A stretch of 64,000 bases of DNA from Candidatus Omnitrophota bacterium (GCA_015233495.1 JADFXQ010000001.1:68045-132044); one strand, 5' to 3'; counted from the first letter of the stretch, positions 39,214 through 48,749 are shown. A program made the numbers and translations. The notes: generated from the letters alone by a model not told the origin.

Positions 39214-40464
39214 CTATTTCGGCAAAACCACCAGCCCGGATAATACTTTGGGATAAAAATAAGTAGTTTTTGGCGGCATTTTATCGCCGCTTAAGGCGAC
39301 ATCCTTCAACTGCTGAATCGGCACGGAATTCATAATAAACCCGGCTTCCGCTTCTCCGGCATCCACCATCGCCGTTACCCGCTGAATATCCTTGGTATAA
39401 ATGATATCCTTTGACTCCAGTCCGATTTCATCAAAAACAAAACTTTTTAAAATCGCCGCGTCTAATGCCTTATAAGCCGCGGAACCTTCTTTCACCTTAT
39501 CATTGACCAAACGTTTATTCTTCAGGCGTAAAAGCCGTATACCCTCGCGGGTGTAAAGACCAAACGCGTTTTCATTGCGGCCGGCGCGCGCCAGAATAAT
39601 CAAAAGCTCGCCCACCGTCTTCACCCGGTCGGTGCGGAAATAATCATCCAAAAAATGCAAAGGCTTGGTGAGGCGCGTCACGATCCGGTGCATGGGAAAA
39701 ATCTGCAAATCGCGCGAATCCAGATTCGTAAAATAGGTGAGGACAAAATTGTACGGAGCCTCGTCATCGCCCGCCGGGTTGCGCTCTTTGCACAACCGAC
39801 GGTATTCCTGCGCCACTTTAAACCGGTGATGTCCGTCCGCGATAAACAATGGCTGGCCTTCCACAGTTTGCTGAATCTGCGCAATGAGCGCCGGATCTGA
39901 CAACCGCCAGAACAAATGTTTCACCTTGTCCGGGTCTTCCACCTCAAACAGCGGCGTCTGCGGGGCAATATGCCGGATAAAAATTTTATCCATCTGCCGG
40001 GAACGGTCAGAATAACAGACAAAAATCGGCGACAGATCAGCTTTCAAATTTTTACACATCGCCAAACGGTCATCCACCGCCTTAGCGTGGGTATTCTCAT
40101 GCGGATAAACCTTAGAATCGCGGCCGTCTTCGATCCGCATCGCGCCGATAAAACCCAGCCGGTTGTATTTCTGGCCTTGGTATTTATATTCCTGGCGGTA
40201 TACATAAAGCGACGGCTTATCGTCTTTAGTCAAAACTCCGGTCTTCATCCATTCATCAAATCTCTGCTTCGCGGACGCGTAGCGGTCCATGCCGCCCTGT
40301 TCTTTGGGCAAATCAATATGAGTGAAATTATACGGGCTCAAATTATTCAAATGGCGCAGTTCTTCATCCGCAATCACGTCATAAGGCGGACTTACCACTT
40401 TTCCCGGATCCTTGATCTTCGCGCCATTATAGCGCACACCGCAAAATGGGTTGACAATAGCCAT
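39214..40464 (-). CDS. DUF1015 domain-containing protein
   Basis: PFxGxRY, VVSPPYDVI, ADGHHR and C-terminal TTYFYPK motifs are conserved in DUF1015. Confidence 0.7.
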   Translation of the reverse strand: MAIVNPFCGVRYNGAKIKDPGKVVSPPYDVIADEELRHLNNLSPYNFTHIDLPKEQGGMDRYASAKQRFDEWMKTGVLTKDDKPSLYVYRQEYKYQGQKYNRLGFIGAMRIEDGRDSKVYPHENTHAKAVDDRLAMCKNLKADLSPIFVCYSDRSRQMDKIFIRHIAPQTPLFEVEDPDKVKHLFWRLSDPALIAQIQQTVEGQPLFIADGHHRFKVAQEYRRLCKERNPAGDDEAPYNFVLTYFTNLDSRDLQIFPMHRIVTRLTKPLHFLDDYFRTDRVKTVGELLIILARAGRNENAFGLYTREGIRLLRLKNKRLVNDKVKEGSAAYKALDAAILKSFVFDEIGLESKDIIYTKDIQRVTAMVDAGEAEAGFIMNSVPIQQLKDVALSGDKMPPKTTYFYPKVLSGLVVLPK

Positions 40465-40467
40465 ATT

Positions 40468-40854
40468 TTAAACAACTTTCCCTGAATTTTTCTTTAAAAA
40501 TAAAAAGATCGCCGCCCCCAAAGCGCTGCCGATCGTGTCTGCCAGCCAGTCAAAAACATCAGCGCAGCGACCGGGCACAAAATATTGGTGAATTTCATCA
40601 CTCGCCGCGAAAAGCATAGCTATCAACAGCGCGCCTAAAAAAACAAAACGCGGCAAAAACAACCGCGTTGTCCCAATTAAGGCCCGGGTGAGCAACCATC
40701 CCCACAAACAATATTCAATAATATGCTCGATTTTATCGAAATTGTCAACCGGAACTATTGTCGGCACCCGGCTCAGGGAGGATACAAACCAAATGATACC
40801 AGAATACAAAATAACCGGAAACCAATATTTAAGGATTTTCTCGTTCATACACAA
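40468..40854 (-). CDS. VanZ family membrane protein
   Basis: 128 aa, four TM segments, and the VanZ-like DKxxH motif (DKIEHII). Confidence 0.55.
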   Translation of the reverse strand: MCMNEKILKYWFPVILYSGIIWFVSSLSRVPTIVPVDNFDKIEHIIEYCLWGWLLTRALIGTTRLFLPRFVFLGALLIAMLFAASDEIHQYFVPGRCADVFDWLADTIGSALGAAIFLFLKKNSGKVV

Positions 40855-40959
40855 AGAATATATTATAACAAAATAACCTTATTTGAACTTGTTGTGAAGC
40901 CATTGAATCCTGACCAAAGAACATCTAATCTGTCGAGGAAAGCGTAAATGGCTCTGATT

Positions 40960-41409
40960 TTATTTTGTAAAATGTGTTTTTAATTTATGCTTTTGAGCGG
41001 CAGCTAACAACGCCCCATCGTAGGTCAATAACGGGATATGCCCTAATCGCGCAGACAAATCCAAGTAGGCGGCGTCATAAGTTGTAAGATGATAAGTTCG
41101 TGCGATATCAAGAACGGAAGTGTTTAACCAGCCGGGTGACGATATTGCGTCAATAAACAACGGAAGCCGGCTGGCCATGTCGAGAATTCTTTCTTGAGTA
41201 TGGCGATTTAAGCGTCCTTTATTTTCTGCCATAACCAAGATATTCATGAATTCATAAACAAAAATAGACGGGACGTGGATTTTGATTCTATCTATTTTGT
41301 CAAGCGCCCCAGAATGCTCCCCGGCAGACTCATCCGGAAGAAACCATGAAGCCACAACATTAGCGTCAACGACAACAGATGATATTAAGCTCGACCCTGT
41401 CTTTTCCAT
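40960..41409 (-). CDS. vapC: PIN-domain toxin (VapC-like)
   Basis: VVDANVVASWF...(D) acidic PIN residues, YDAAYLDLS, 149 aa. Paired with the upstream small antitoxin. Confidence 0.65.
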   Translation of the reverse strand: MEKTGSSLISSVVVDANVVASWFLPDESAGEHSGALDKIDRIKIHVPSIFVYEFMNILVMAENKGRLNRHTQERILDMASRLPLFIDAISSPGWLNTSVLDIARTYHLTTYDAAYLDLSARLGHIPLLTYDGALLAAAQKHKLKTHFTK

Positions 41410-41627
41410 TGATTAAGCTCTTCGATGGTGATCTTGTCTACGGATTGGCGGAGTTCTTTAATTTCTTTTATCAAAGATTTTGAACGGCATAAAAAACTTT
41501 CAGTTACAGGCACTATTTTGGCGACCGGCACATTCTTTTTCATGATGACGTGTTCTTCTCCTCGCATCACCTCTTTGATAATTCCCGACAAATGGCTTCT
41601 TGTTTCTAAAATTCCGCTCGTGGTCAT
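41385..41627 (-). CDS. Phd/YefM-type antitoxin (VapB-like)
   Basis: 80 aa, with the typical Phd N-terminus (TSGILETRSHLSGIIKEV...). Start MTTSG is preceded by a GGAGGG SD. Overlaps vapC by ~25 nt. Confidence 0.6.
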   Translation of the reverse strand: MTTSGILETRSHLSGIIKEVMRGEEHVIMKKNVPVAKIVPVTESFLCRSKSLIKEIKELRQSVDKITIEELNQWKRQGRA

Positions 41628-41643
41628 ATTACGTCCCTCCATT

Positions 41644-41684
41644 CTGTACATCTAAAGTGTACAGTTAAATATTGTTCATGTCAA
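41644..41684 (-). promoter_or_regulatory. vapBC promoter with overlapping palindromic operator
   Basis: On the minus strand: TTGACA-17 bp-TACACT. The perfect inverted repeat CTGTACA-N7-TGTACAG (41644..41664) overlaps the -10. Confidence 0.5.
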
Positions 41685-41759
41685 TGTTTTTGGGAAGATC
41701 GGTGGGCGCGTTCGAGACCCCAATGTTTACACATTATCAGGTCATCCGTTAAGACTTAC

Positions 41760-42035
41760 TCATTTACATCCCGGGCAGCAGCCTTCGGCTTTAGCTGGGC
41801 AGGTTTTTTCGGGAGATTTCGGGGACGGGGCTTCGCATTTTGGCGCGTCTTTCTTTTTGTAATCGGTTTCGTAGAAACCTTTGCCTTTAAAAATCACGCC
41901 GCCTCCGGTGCCAATGAGCCGGATAAGCTTGTTCTTGCCGCATTTCGGGCATTTTTTTAATTTTTCATCCGTCATAGACTGCCAGGCTTCTAATCCATGG
42001 CCGCAGGCCGTGCATTCATATTGATATGTTGGCAT
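41760..42035 (-). CDS. FmdB family zinc-ribbon protein
   Basis: MPTYQYECTACGH...CPKCG is the FmdB/CxxC-x17-CxxC N-terminus, followed by a Cys-rich tail. Confidence 0.7.
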   Translation of the reverse strand: MPTYQYECTACGHGLEAWQSMTDEKLKKCPKCGKNKLIRLIGTGGGVIFKGKGFYETDYKKKDAPKCEAPSPKSPEKTCPAKAEGCCPGCK

Positions 42036-42054
42036 AGGTCGATCCTTTTATTAA

Positions 42055-42181
42055 AGACACACGCCACAAGTAAGGTCATTTAGGCATTTGAAATATTTTG
42101 TCGTATGTGCCTGAGTATCAATATTTCAACAAGACTTTCAAACAGAATGTTTGTGTCTTGTGTCCTATCCTTTGTCCTGTC
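42055..42181. repeat. GACACAAG/CTTGTGTC element, copy 4 (reverse; closest to copy 3)
   Basis: aGACACACGCCACAAGta ... aggcatttgaaatattttgtcgtatgtgcctgag (reverse complement of the copy-3 core) ... TTTGTGTCTTGTGTCCTATCCTTTGTCCTGTC. Overlaps the dnaJ stop. Confidence 0.75.
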
Positions 42182-43329
42182 TATTTAAACACCTTCTTTA
42201 ACTTATCTTTAAACGATTTTTCACCAATATCTTCCCCGCTCGCTTTCGCAAAGTCTTCCAGAGCGCGTTTTTGGTCCGCGCTTAATTTCTGCGGGACGTC
42301 GATCATCATTTTCGCGTAAAGATCTCCGGTGCCGCCCTGATGCACATCCGGCATGCCTTTGCCTTTGAGCCGAAAGACCTTGCCGCTCGGCGTGCCTGCC
42401 GGGATTTTCATTTCCACCTCGCCGGCCAAAGTTTCAACCGCGACCTCGCCGCCAAACACGGCTTTGACAAACGGGATCGGCAGTTCCATATATAAATCGT
42501 TGCCCTCTCGCTTGAATATGTCGTGCTCTAGCGCATGGACATAAAGATAAAGATCGCCCGGCCCGGCCGCGCCGACCTCGCCTTCATGCCTGACCCGCAG
42601 CCGCGACGAATTATCCACACCCGGCGGGACATTCACGTCGATATTTCGGGTGATTTTGACCGCGCCCTGGCCGCCGCATTTCGGACAATATTCGGTGATC
42701 GTCCGTCCCTGGCCGTGACACGCCGGACAGGTCTGCTGCATCCGGAAAAATCCGCTCGACATCATAACCGCGCCTTGACCGCCGCAGGTCGGACACGTTT
42801 TGAGGGATTTGCCGTCTTTCGCGCCTGTGCCTTCGCAATCTTGACAAAATTCATGCCGAGGGACCTGAATTTTCCTGGCAACACCTTGATAAGCTTCCTC
42901 CAGCGTCACCTCAATCTCATATTGAATGTCCCGGCCGCGGCTCTGCCGGCGCGGACGCCCGCCCCCGGAAGACCGGCCGCCGCCGAACATCTCAAAAATC
43001 GAATCCGCGTTGCCGCCTCCGCCGCCGAATATAGAACTGAAAATATCGTTAAACTCGCCAAAATTCGCGCCGCGGAAAATATCCTCCGTCGTATATTGCT
43101 GATCAATCCCGGCGTGACCGTACTGATCATACATCTCCCGCTTCTTCGCGTCGGACAAAACGCCGTAGGCCTCGGAAATTTCCTTAAACTTCTCCTCCGC
43201 CGCTTTTTTCTCTTTCTCCTCAACTCGGTCCGGATGATAACGCAAAGCCAGCGACCGATAGGCCTTCTTGATCTGCGTAATATCCGCGTTCTTCTCGACA
43301 CCCAATATTTCGTAATAATCTTTTTTCAT
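42181..43329 (-). CDS. dnaJ: molecular chaperone DnaJ
   Basis: J-domain (YYEILGV...HPDR), G/F-rich linker, four CxxCxGxG zinc repeats. Start taken as [11 protein letters not shown]. Confidence 0.95.
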   Translation of the reverse strand: MKKDYYEILGVEKNADITQIKKAYRSLALRYHPDRVEEKEKKAAEEKFKEISEAYGVLSDAKKREMYDQYGHAGIDQQYTTEDIFRGANFGEFNDIFSSIFGGGGGNADSIFEMFGGGRSSGGGRPRRQSRGRDIQYEIEVTLEEAYQGVARKIQVPRHEFCQDCEGTGAKDGKSLKTCPTCGGQGAVMMSSGFFRMQQTCPACHGQGRTITEYCPKCGGQGAVKITRNIDVNVPPGVDNSSRLRVRHEGEVGAAGPGDLYLYVHALEHDIFKREGNDLYMELPIPFVKAVFGGEVAVETLAGEVEMKIPAGTPSGKVFRLKGKGMPDVHQGGTGDLYAKMMIDVPQKLSADQKRALEDFAKASGEDIGEKSFKDKLKKVFK

Positions 43330-43349
43330 ATATTTTTGAAAGTCATAAA

Positions 43350-43487
43350 GACACAGGACACAAAGACATAAGATATGTTGCACACGTCATTTTAAAATTT
43401 TAATGTGTCTGTCTGATCATCCTTTAAAAAATAAAATACTAAATCACAACACTTGTGTCCTGTGTCTTTGTGTCTTGTGTCCTTGTA
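43350..43487. repeat. GACACAAG/CTTGTGTC element, copy 5 (reverse), between dnaK and dnaJ
   Basis: GACACAGGACACAAAGACATAAG ... core ... CTTGTGTCCTGTGTCTTTGTGTCTTGTGTCCTTGTa. This is the longest heptamer array. Confidence 0.8.
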
Positions 43488-43491
43488 ATCT

Positions 43492-45450
43492 TTATTTCTT
43501 CTCATCCTCCGCCCGAAAATCGGCGTCGATTACGTCATCCTTGCCGTCGCTCTTGCCGGATGAAGAATGATCATCCGCTTTTCCGGCATTCGGATGTCCA
43601 GCGCCCATATCCGGACCCGGACCAGCCTCGCCGCCCGGCGCCGCGCCAGCGCCCGCCGGCCCGCCTTGCGCCGCGGTCGCTTTATAAACTTCTTCCGCCA
43701 ATTTATGACTGGCTTTTTGCACAGCATCCATCGCGGATTTGATTTTTCCGGCGTCCTTGCTCTCGATCGCTTGCTTGAGCGCCGCGAGCTCATTTTCCAC
43801 ACTCGACTTATCACCTCCGGAAATCTTGTCGCCATAATCTTTCAGCGCCTTTTCCGTTGAATAAAGCAAGGTGTTCGCTTGATTATGCATTTCCGCTTCG
43901 TCGCGGCGTTTTTTGTCTTCATCGGCGTATTGTTCCGCCTGTTTCACCATCTTATCAATCTCTTCCTTCGACAATTTCGTCGGAGCCGTAATCCGGATCG
44001 ACTGTTCCTTGCCGGTCCCGCGGTCTTTCGCAGCCACATGAACAATCCCGTCCGTGTCAATGTTAAAGGTCACTTCCACCTGAGGAACGCCGCGCGGCGC
44101 CGGCGGAATTCCCACCAGATCAAACCGGCCCAATTCCGTATTGTCATTAGCCATTTGCCGCTCGCCCTGCAGAACCCGGATCGTCACCGCAGTCTGATTG
44201 TCATCCGCGGTTGAAAACACCTGGCTCTTTTTGCTCGGGATCGTCGTATTGCGATCAATCAATTTCGTAAACACCCCGCCCAAGGTTTCAATCCCCAAAG
44301 ACAACGGCGTTACGTCGAGCAAAAGAACTTCTTTCGCTTCGCCGCGGATGATCCCGCATTGCACAGCCGCGCCCAAGGCCACGCATTCCATAGGGTCAAT
44401 CCCGCCTTCGATCTTCTGCCCGATTTCCTTTTCCACGAACTTCTGGACAATCGGCATGCGCGTCGGACCGCCGACGAGAATCACCCGGTCCACCTTCACG
44501 TCACTCCCCAATTTCGCGGAGGCGTCTTTGATGGCCTGATGAATTGGGCCGCGGCAGCGCGCCACAATCGGCTCCACCAGACTTTCCAATTTGGCCCGTT
44601 CGATTTTCATAGTCAAATGTTTCGGACCCGTGGCATCCGCGGTCACGAACGGCAGATTGATGTCAGTCGAAACCGTGCTGGACATTTCCACCTTGGCCTT
44701 TTCCGCCGCTTCACGCAAGCGTTGAAACGCCATCTTGTCGCCTTTAAGGTTAATGCCGCTCTCTTTGCGGAATTCCTCGGTGATATAATCAATCAGGACA
44801 TTATCCATGTCCGTGCCGCCCAGCAAATTATCCCCACTCGTCGACAAAACCTCGAAAGTCGAGGCCTTGTGGCCTTCGTCCCAACCCATTTCCAGGATCG
44901 TGACATCGAGTGTGCCGCCGCCAAAATCAAAAACCATGATCTTTTGCTCTTTGCCGACTTTATCCAAACCATAGGCCAGACACGCGGCAGTTGGTTCATT
45001 GATGATGCGCAGCACTTTCAATCCTGCGATCTCCCCCGCGTCTTTCGTAGCTTGCCGCTGATTGTCGTTGAAATACGCTGGCACTGTGATGACCGCTTCA
45101 TCCACGGTATCGCCCAGATATTTCTCCGAATCCGCCTTGATTTTTTGCAAGATAAACGCGCTGATCTGTTGCGGCGTGAATTCCTTATCAAAGACCTTGA
45201 ACTTCTCGCCGGTCCCCATCTTGCGTTTGGCCGCGTATACGGTCCCTTCCGAATTAACCGCGGCCTGACGCCGCGCCGGTTCGCCGACCAAACGCTGGCC
45301 ATCTTTCGTGAACGCCACGAATGACGGAAATGCCTTGCCCGAAGCCACACCCGCGCCTTCGGCCGACGGAATAATCACCGGACGCCCGCCTTCCATCACC
45401 GCGGCCGCTGAATTCGAAGTCCCTAAATCAATCCCAATTGCTCTAGCCAT
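43492..45450 (-). CDS. dnaK: molecular chaperone DnaK (Hsp70)
   Basis: [22 protein letters not shown], and full-length Hsp70 similarity. 652 aa. Confidence 0.97.
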   Translation of the reverse strand: MARAIGIDLGTSNSAAAVMEGGRPVIIPSAEGAGVASGKAFPSFVAFTKDGQRLVGEPARRQAAVNSEGTVYAAKRKMGTGEKFKVFDKEFTPQQISAFILQKIKADSEKYLGDTVDEAVITVPAYFNDNQRQATKDAGEIAGLKVLRIINEPTAACLAYGLDKVGKEQKIMVFDFGGGTLDVTILEMGWDEGHKASTFEVLSTSGDNLLGGTDMDNVLIDYITEEFRKESGINLKGDKMAFQRLREAAEKAKVEMSSTVSTDINLPFVTADATGPKHLTMKIERAKLESLVEPIVARCRGPIHQAIKDASAKLGSDVKVDRVILVGGPTRMPIVQKFVEKEIGQKIEGGIDPMECVALGAAVQCGIIRGEAKEVLLLDVTPLSLGIETLGGVFTKLIDRNTTIPSKKSQVFSTADDNQTAVTIRVLQGERQMANDNTELGRFDLVGIPPAPRGVPQVEVTFNIDTDGIVHVAAKDRGTGKEQSIRITAPTKLSKEEIDKMVKQAEQYADEDKKRRDEAEMHNQANTLLYSTEKALKDYGDKISGGDKSSVENELAALKQAIESKDAGKIKSAMDAVQKASHKLAEEVYKATAAQGGPAGAGAAPGGEAGPGPDMGAGHPNAGKADDHSSSGKSDGKDDVIDADFRAEDEKK

Positions 45451-45480
45451 ATTATTTCTCCCTTTTTAAAATTTTTTATA

Positions 45481-46065
45481 TTATTTGCTTTTCGCTAATT
45501 TGACTTTTGCGGTTCTGATAACCCGGTCTCCCAGACAATATCCTTTTTGCAATTCTTCCAAAACCGTCCCTTCTTCAACCGCATCATTCGGCTCTTGATA
45601 TAACACTTCCTGTGAATGCGGATCAAACTTTTTGCCCTTCGCCTCAAGCGGCTTGACTCCATGCTGGGACAACATCTTATTGATCTGCCCCATCACCAAC
45701 TCCACTCCTTTCAAAAACGCCTCATAATCCTCATGCTTAGCCTGCGCCACCGCCACCGTCCGCTCCAGATCGTCGAGAATATCCAAAAATTCAATGATCA
45801 GCCCCTCATTCGCGAATTTCCGAAAATCAATCCGTTCCCGTTCCCAACGTTTGCGCGCATTATCAAATTCCGCGACGAGACGGACATTGCGATCCTTATA
45901 CTCTGCGGCTTCAGAGAGCAACCGCTCATATTCCTCCGAAGGAATCGAAGCCATCTTGACTTCGCCGTCCGCCTTATCCGTCGTCTCAGGCGAATCAAAC
46001 GGCACCTGCTCCGAATTGTTCATATTTTCGTTTTCATCATCCATTAACAAAATCCTTGTCTTCAA
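45481..46065 (-). CDS. grpE: nucleotide exchange factor GrpE
   Basis: GrpE coiled-coil and C-terminal beta domain. The ORF-track start is a TTG. ATG at 46044 (MDDENEN) has an AAGGA SD and may be the true start. Confidence 0.85.
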   Translation of the reverse strand: MKTRILLMDDENENMNNSEQVPFDSPETTDKADGEVKMASIPSEEYERLLSEAAEYKDRNVRLVAEFDNARKRWERERIDFRKFANEGLIIEFLDILDDLERTVAVAQAKHEDYEAFLKGVELVMGQINKMLSQHGVKPLEAKGKKFDPHSQEVLYQEPNDAVEEGTVLEELQKGYCLGDRVIRTAKVKLAKSK

Positions 46066-46082
46066 ATAACACCGATACCCAA

Positions 46083-46204
46083 ACCGCGCGCTAAAAGTTG
46101 GTGAGGAAATGCTTTCGGGATCGTTCTGAGGCCGTTCTTACCTCTTTTTTCCAGAAAAAGGCCGAAGGCAGAGCCCGAAAACATTTCCTCACCAACCCGC
46201 GCGC
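46083..46204 (-). promoter_or_regulatory. long imperfect inverted repeat (>30-bp stem) in hrcA-grpE intergenic region
   Basis: CGCGCG..TTGGTGAGGAAATGCTTTCGGG ... CCCGAAAACATTTCCTCACCAA..CGCGCG. Mismatches become G-U pairs only in the minus-strand (mRNA) sense. Confidence 0.5.
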
Positions 46205-46252
46205 CTTTATCGGCAACGCGAAACAACGCCAAAGAACGCCTCGCGTGTAATC

Positions 46253-46990
46253 TCACCACATCTCTTCCAGCAACCGCGAAAAGTAATCCAGCGTAGAGAC
46301 AACGCGTTCATAATCCATACGCGTCGGTCCCAACACCGCGAGCCTGCCGCTCGGCCCATGATGCGTTTTATAACGCGATACAACCAACGAACACGTAGTC
46401 ATGCCTTGGCACCGAATCTCCTGACCAATATGAATATCAATCTTCCGCTGCAAATCCCGGTTAATCATATCCAGCAGCCGTTCCTTTTCATCCAACGCGA
46501 ATAAAATATGCCGGATACTTTCAATATCCTGATAATCGGGATACGCGGCAATGAAATTCGTCCCCCGGCAAAAAACCCGCCGCAAATCTCCGTCAATCGA
46601 AACCAGACTCGTATAATGCGTAGTTTCCGCCAGCACCTTTGAAGTGCGGTCCAAAATATCCTCCAACTCGCGAGTCTTGCGGTCATATTCCATCTTGATC
46701 CGCCGCTTTTCTTCTTCTAACAGATAAATTTCTTCCATCAAATAATCGACATAATACCGATACCCCCACTGGGTCGGAACCCGGCCCGCCGAAGTATGCG
46801 GATGAGTCAAATATCCTTCCTCTTCCAATTCCGCGAGAATATTCCGCACCGTGGCGGAACTCAATTCCGGCAAATATTTTTCCACAATCAATGCCGAACT
46901 TACCGGAGAAATATGATGAATATACTGCCCCACCGTAATCGCCAAAACCCGGTCTTTCCGCGCTTGAATTTCTGCTTTTTTAGTTTGCAT
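46253..46990 (-). CDS. hrcA: heat-inducible transcription repressor HrcA
   Basis: HrcA winged-helix N-terminus (ARKDRVLAITVGQYIHHISPVSS) and a GAF-like C-domain. Start MQTKK with a GGGAG SD. The longer ORF-track N-terminus overlaps CIRCE. Confidence 0.85.
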   Translation of the reverse strand: MQTKKAEIQARKDRVLAITVGQYIHHISPVSSALIVEKYLPELSSATVRNILAELEEEGYLTHPHTSAGRVPTQWGYRYYVDYLMEEIYLLEEEKRRIKMEYDRKTRELEDILDRTSKVLAETTHYTSLVSIDGDLRRVFCRGTNFIAAYPDYQDIESIRHILFALDEKERLLDMINRDLQRKIDIHIGQEIRCQGMTTCSLVVSRYKTHHGPSGRLAVLGPTRMDYERVVSTLDYFSRLLEEMW

Positions 46991-47034
46991 CCGTCTGCTC
47001 CCCATTTGGTTTTTCGTTCCCCGGAACGAAAAAC

Positions 47035-47061
47035 TTAGCACTCTATAAATCAGAATGCTAA
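47035..47061. promoter_or_regulatory. CIRCE operator (HrcA binding site) upstream of hrcA-grpE-dnaK-dnaJ
   Basis: TTAGCACTC-tataaatca-GAATGCTAA matches the CIRCE consensus TTAGCACTC-N9-GAGTGCTAA with one mismatch. The adjacent perfect palindrome TTCGTTCC-cc-GGAACGAA (47015..47032) lies between CIRCE and the start codon. Confidence 0.8.
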
Positions 47062-47083
47062 AGCGCAATTATAACAAAAAAGT

Positions 47084-47761
47084 TTAGGTTGTCAAATTTT
47101 CTATCCGCTTCACCAAATGCATCAATTTCTCCGCGCTTTTCTCTAATAAAGATAATTGATTAATTAAAATCGGACGGCTCGGTTTAAAATATCCCGCCTC
47201 GCTGAATTCTAAAATAATCTCGCCATCAATGACTTTCAAAGAATTGAAGACTGCTCCCCGCGTATCCGCGTTAGCAAAATCGACAAACAGTTGCGCGACT
47301 TGTTTATTCTCAAATAAACTCCGCGTCAAATCGAGATTATTCGTGTGATAAGTAAACCGCGCCAGGCTCTTCGGCAAAATAAACGGCGCGGCAGTCGTAT
47401 CGGAACTCTGAGTGTTCTGCGCAACCGGCGCTCGTTCGGCACGAATTGTTCTGCGGTCCTCTTTCTCCACCAGCGAAATAGAATAGGGCGTCGCGGTTTT
47501 CACGCGCAAATATCCTTTAAATTCCCGTTCGCGGAACCCGCGCGATTCTCGATCTTCATAAACGCACAAATGGCCGTCATAAACAAATTCGATTTTAAAA
47601 GCGTTTTCAAATTCCTCGAGTGGGATCACCTGACCCCCCACCTGCTTAGCCAAGGCGGACAAAAATTCTTCCCGGGTTATTTTTTTCACCCGAAACCCCC
47701 CGGATAAAAAAACAATTCCGATCAAGCACGCCGCAACAAATAAAATAATATACAAAGTCAT
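47084..47761 (-). CDS. hypothetical membrane-anchored protein
   Basis: 225 aa. N-terminal TM (LYIILFVAACLIGIVFL). No recognisable domain. Confidence 0.3.
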   Translation of the reverse strand: MTLYIILFVAACLIGIVFLSGGFRVKKITREEFLSALAKQVGGQVIPLEEFENAFKIEFVYDGHLCVYEDRESRGFREREFKGYLRVKTATPYSISLVEKEDRRTIRAERAPVAQNTQSSDTTAAPFILPKSLARFTYHTNNLDLTRSLFENKQVAQLFVDFANADTRGAVFNSLKVIDGEIILEFSEAGYFKPSRPILINQLSLLEKSAEKLMHLVKRIENLTT

Positions 47762-47777
47762 TTTGCGATCGCCGCCT

Positions 47778-48665
47778 TTATGGTTTTACTGCCGCTTCTA
47801 AAGAAAAAGTAGTTTGACTTTCCAGCACGCCGTTCGGCGCGTAGGTTTTAAAATCCCCCTCCTGCCGATCCGATTCATATCTTCCGACGGTTTTCAATTG
47901 CCCGGTCGGATAGAATTCCTGATAAACGCCTTCCTTTTTGCCGTTTTTCAGCGGCACCGCGGATTTCGATTCGCCAGTGGCGTAATATTCTTTTTCCGTC
48001 CCGTCACTCGTCCAGCCATTGGCCAAGGTGATATCTTTCTTCAATTCGCCCGTCGGGTAAAATTCCTTGACCACTCCCTGCGGCACTGTGTTATCCGCTT
48101 TAAACGAGCGCGTCAACAATCCGTTATTGTCAAACTCGCGAACCAAACCTTCTTGAATCCCGTCTTTAAAGGTGGTTTCCCGGACCAAAGAACCATCCGG
48201 ACGATATTCTTTTGCCCAGCCGTTCTCATGTCCGTTCTTATAATCCCGTTCATAATGCAACTGGCCGCTCGGCCAATATTCCTTAAATAACCCGTCCTGT
48301 CTTCCCTGGTAATAGCGCGATTCCGTCCATAACCGCCCGCTCTCATAATAACGCTTCGCTTCGCCGTCTAAAATTCCGTTCTTATAATGCACTTCCATCT
48401 TCTTAATCCCATCGGCAAAATAGCCAATCGCTTTCGCCTCTAATTTTCCGTTCACATACAGCCCCTCACCCATCAGCTTCCCATTCTGATAAAACGTATT
48501 AAACATCCCGTTCGGCTTCCCGTTTTGGTAGGTTAACAAACGTTTCACCTCGCCGGAATTATAAAACTCCCGGTACAACCCGTCCTGAATATATTCCGCG
48601 CGGACCGGTAAAGCAAAAAACCATCCCAAAAACCAAGCCCCAAACAAAATTTTTCGCAATTTCAT
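47778..48665 (-). CDS. secreted MORN-repeat (MORN_2 / YwqK-like) protein
   Basis: Signal peptide. About 10 repeats of the G..EG....YY.NGQL type. Confidence 0.6.
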   Translation of the reverse strand: MKLRKILFGAWFLGWFFALPVRAEYIQDGLYREFYNSGEVKRLLTYQNGKPNGMFNTFYQNGKLMGEGLYVNGKLEAKAIGYFADGIKKMEVHYKNGILDGEAKRYYESGRLWTESRYYQGRQDGLFKEYWPSGQLHYERDYKNGHENGWAKEYRPDGSLVRETTFKDGIQEGLVREFDNNGLLTRSFKADNTVPQGVVKEFYPTGELKKDITLANGWTSDGTEKEYYATGESKSAVPLKNGKKEGVYQEFYPTGQLKTVGRYESDRQEGDFKTYAPNGVLESQTTFSLEAAVKP

Positions 48666-48749
48666 CTGTGCCTCCTGTTAGTTGAGGCATTATAACATAT
48701 CAGCCCTATTCACATGGTTCCAAAAACGAATTTCTACTAGGATTTACTG

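Noticed and set aside
41690-41715. tRNA-like fragment (ggggtctcgaacgcgcccaccgatc) upstream of vapB that might mark an integration site
   Set aside because: The T-arm-like sequence does not form a proper stem. No acceptor or anticodon arms or CCA context could be built. Likely chance similarity.
46991-47068. Extended N-terminus of HrcA (MRFSILIYRVLSFSFRGTKNQ...)
   Set aside because: It overlaps the CIRCE operator and the TTCGTTCC/GGAACGAA palindrome. A good SD precedes the internal MQTKK start.
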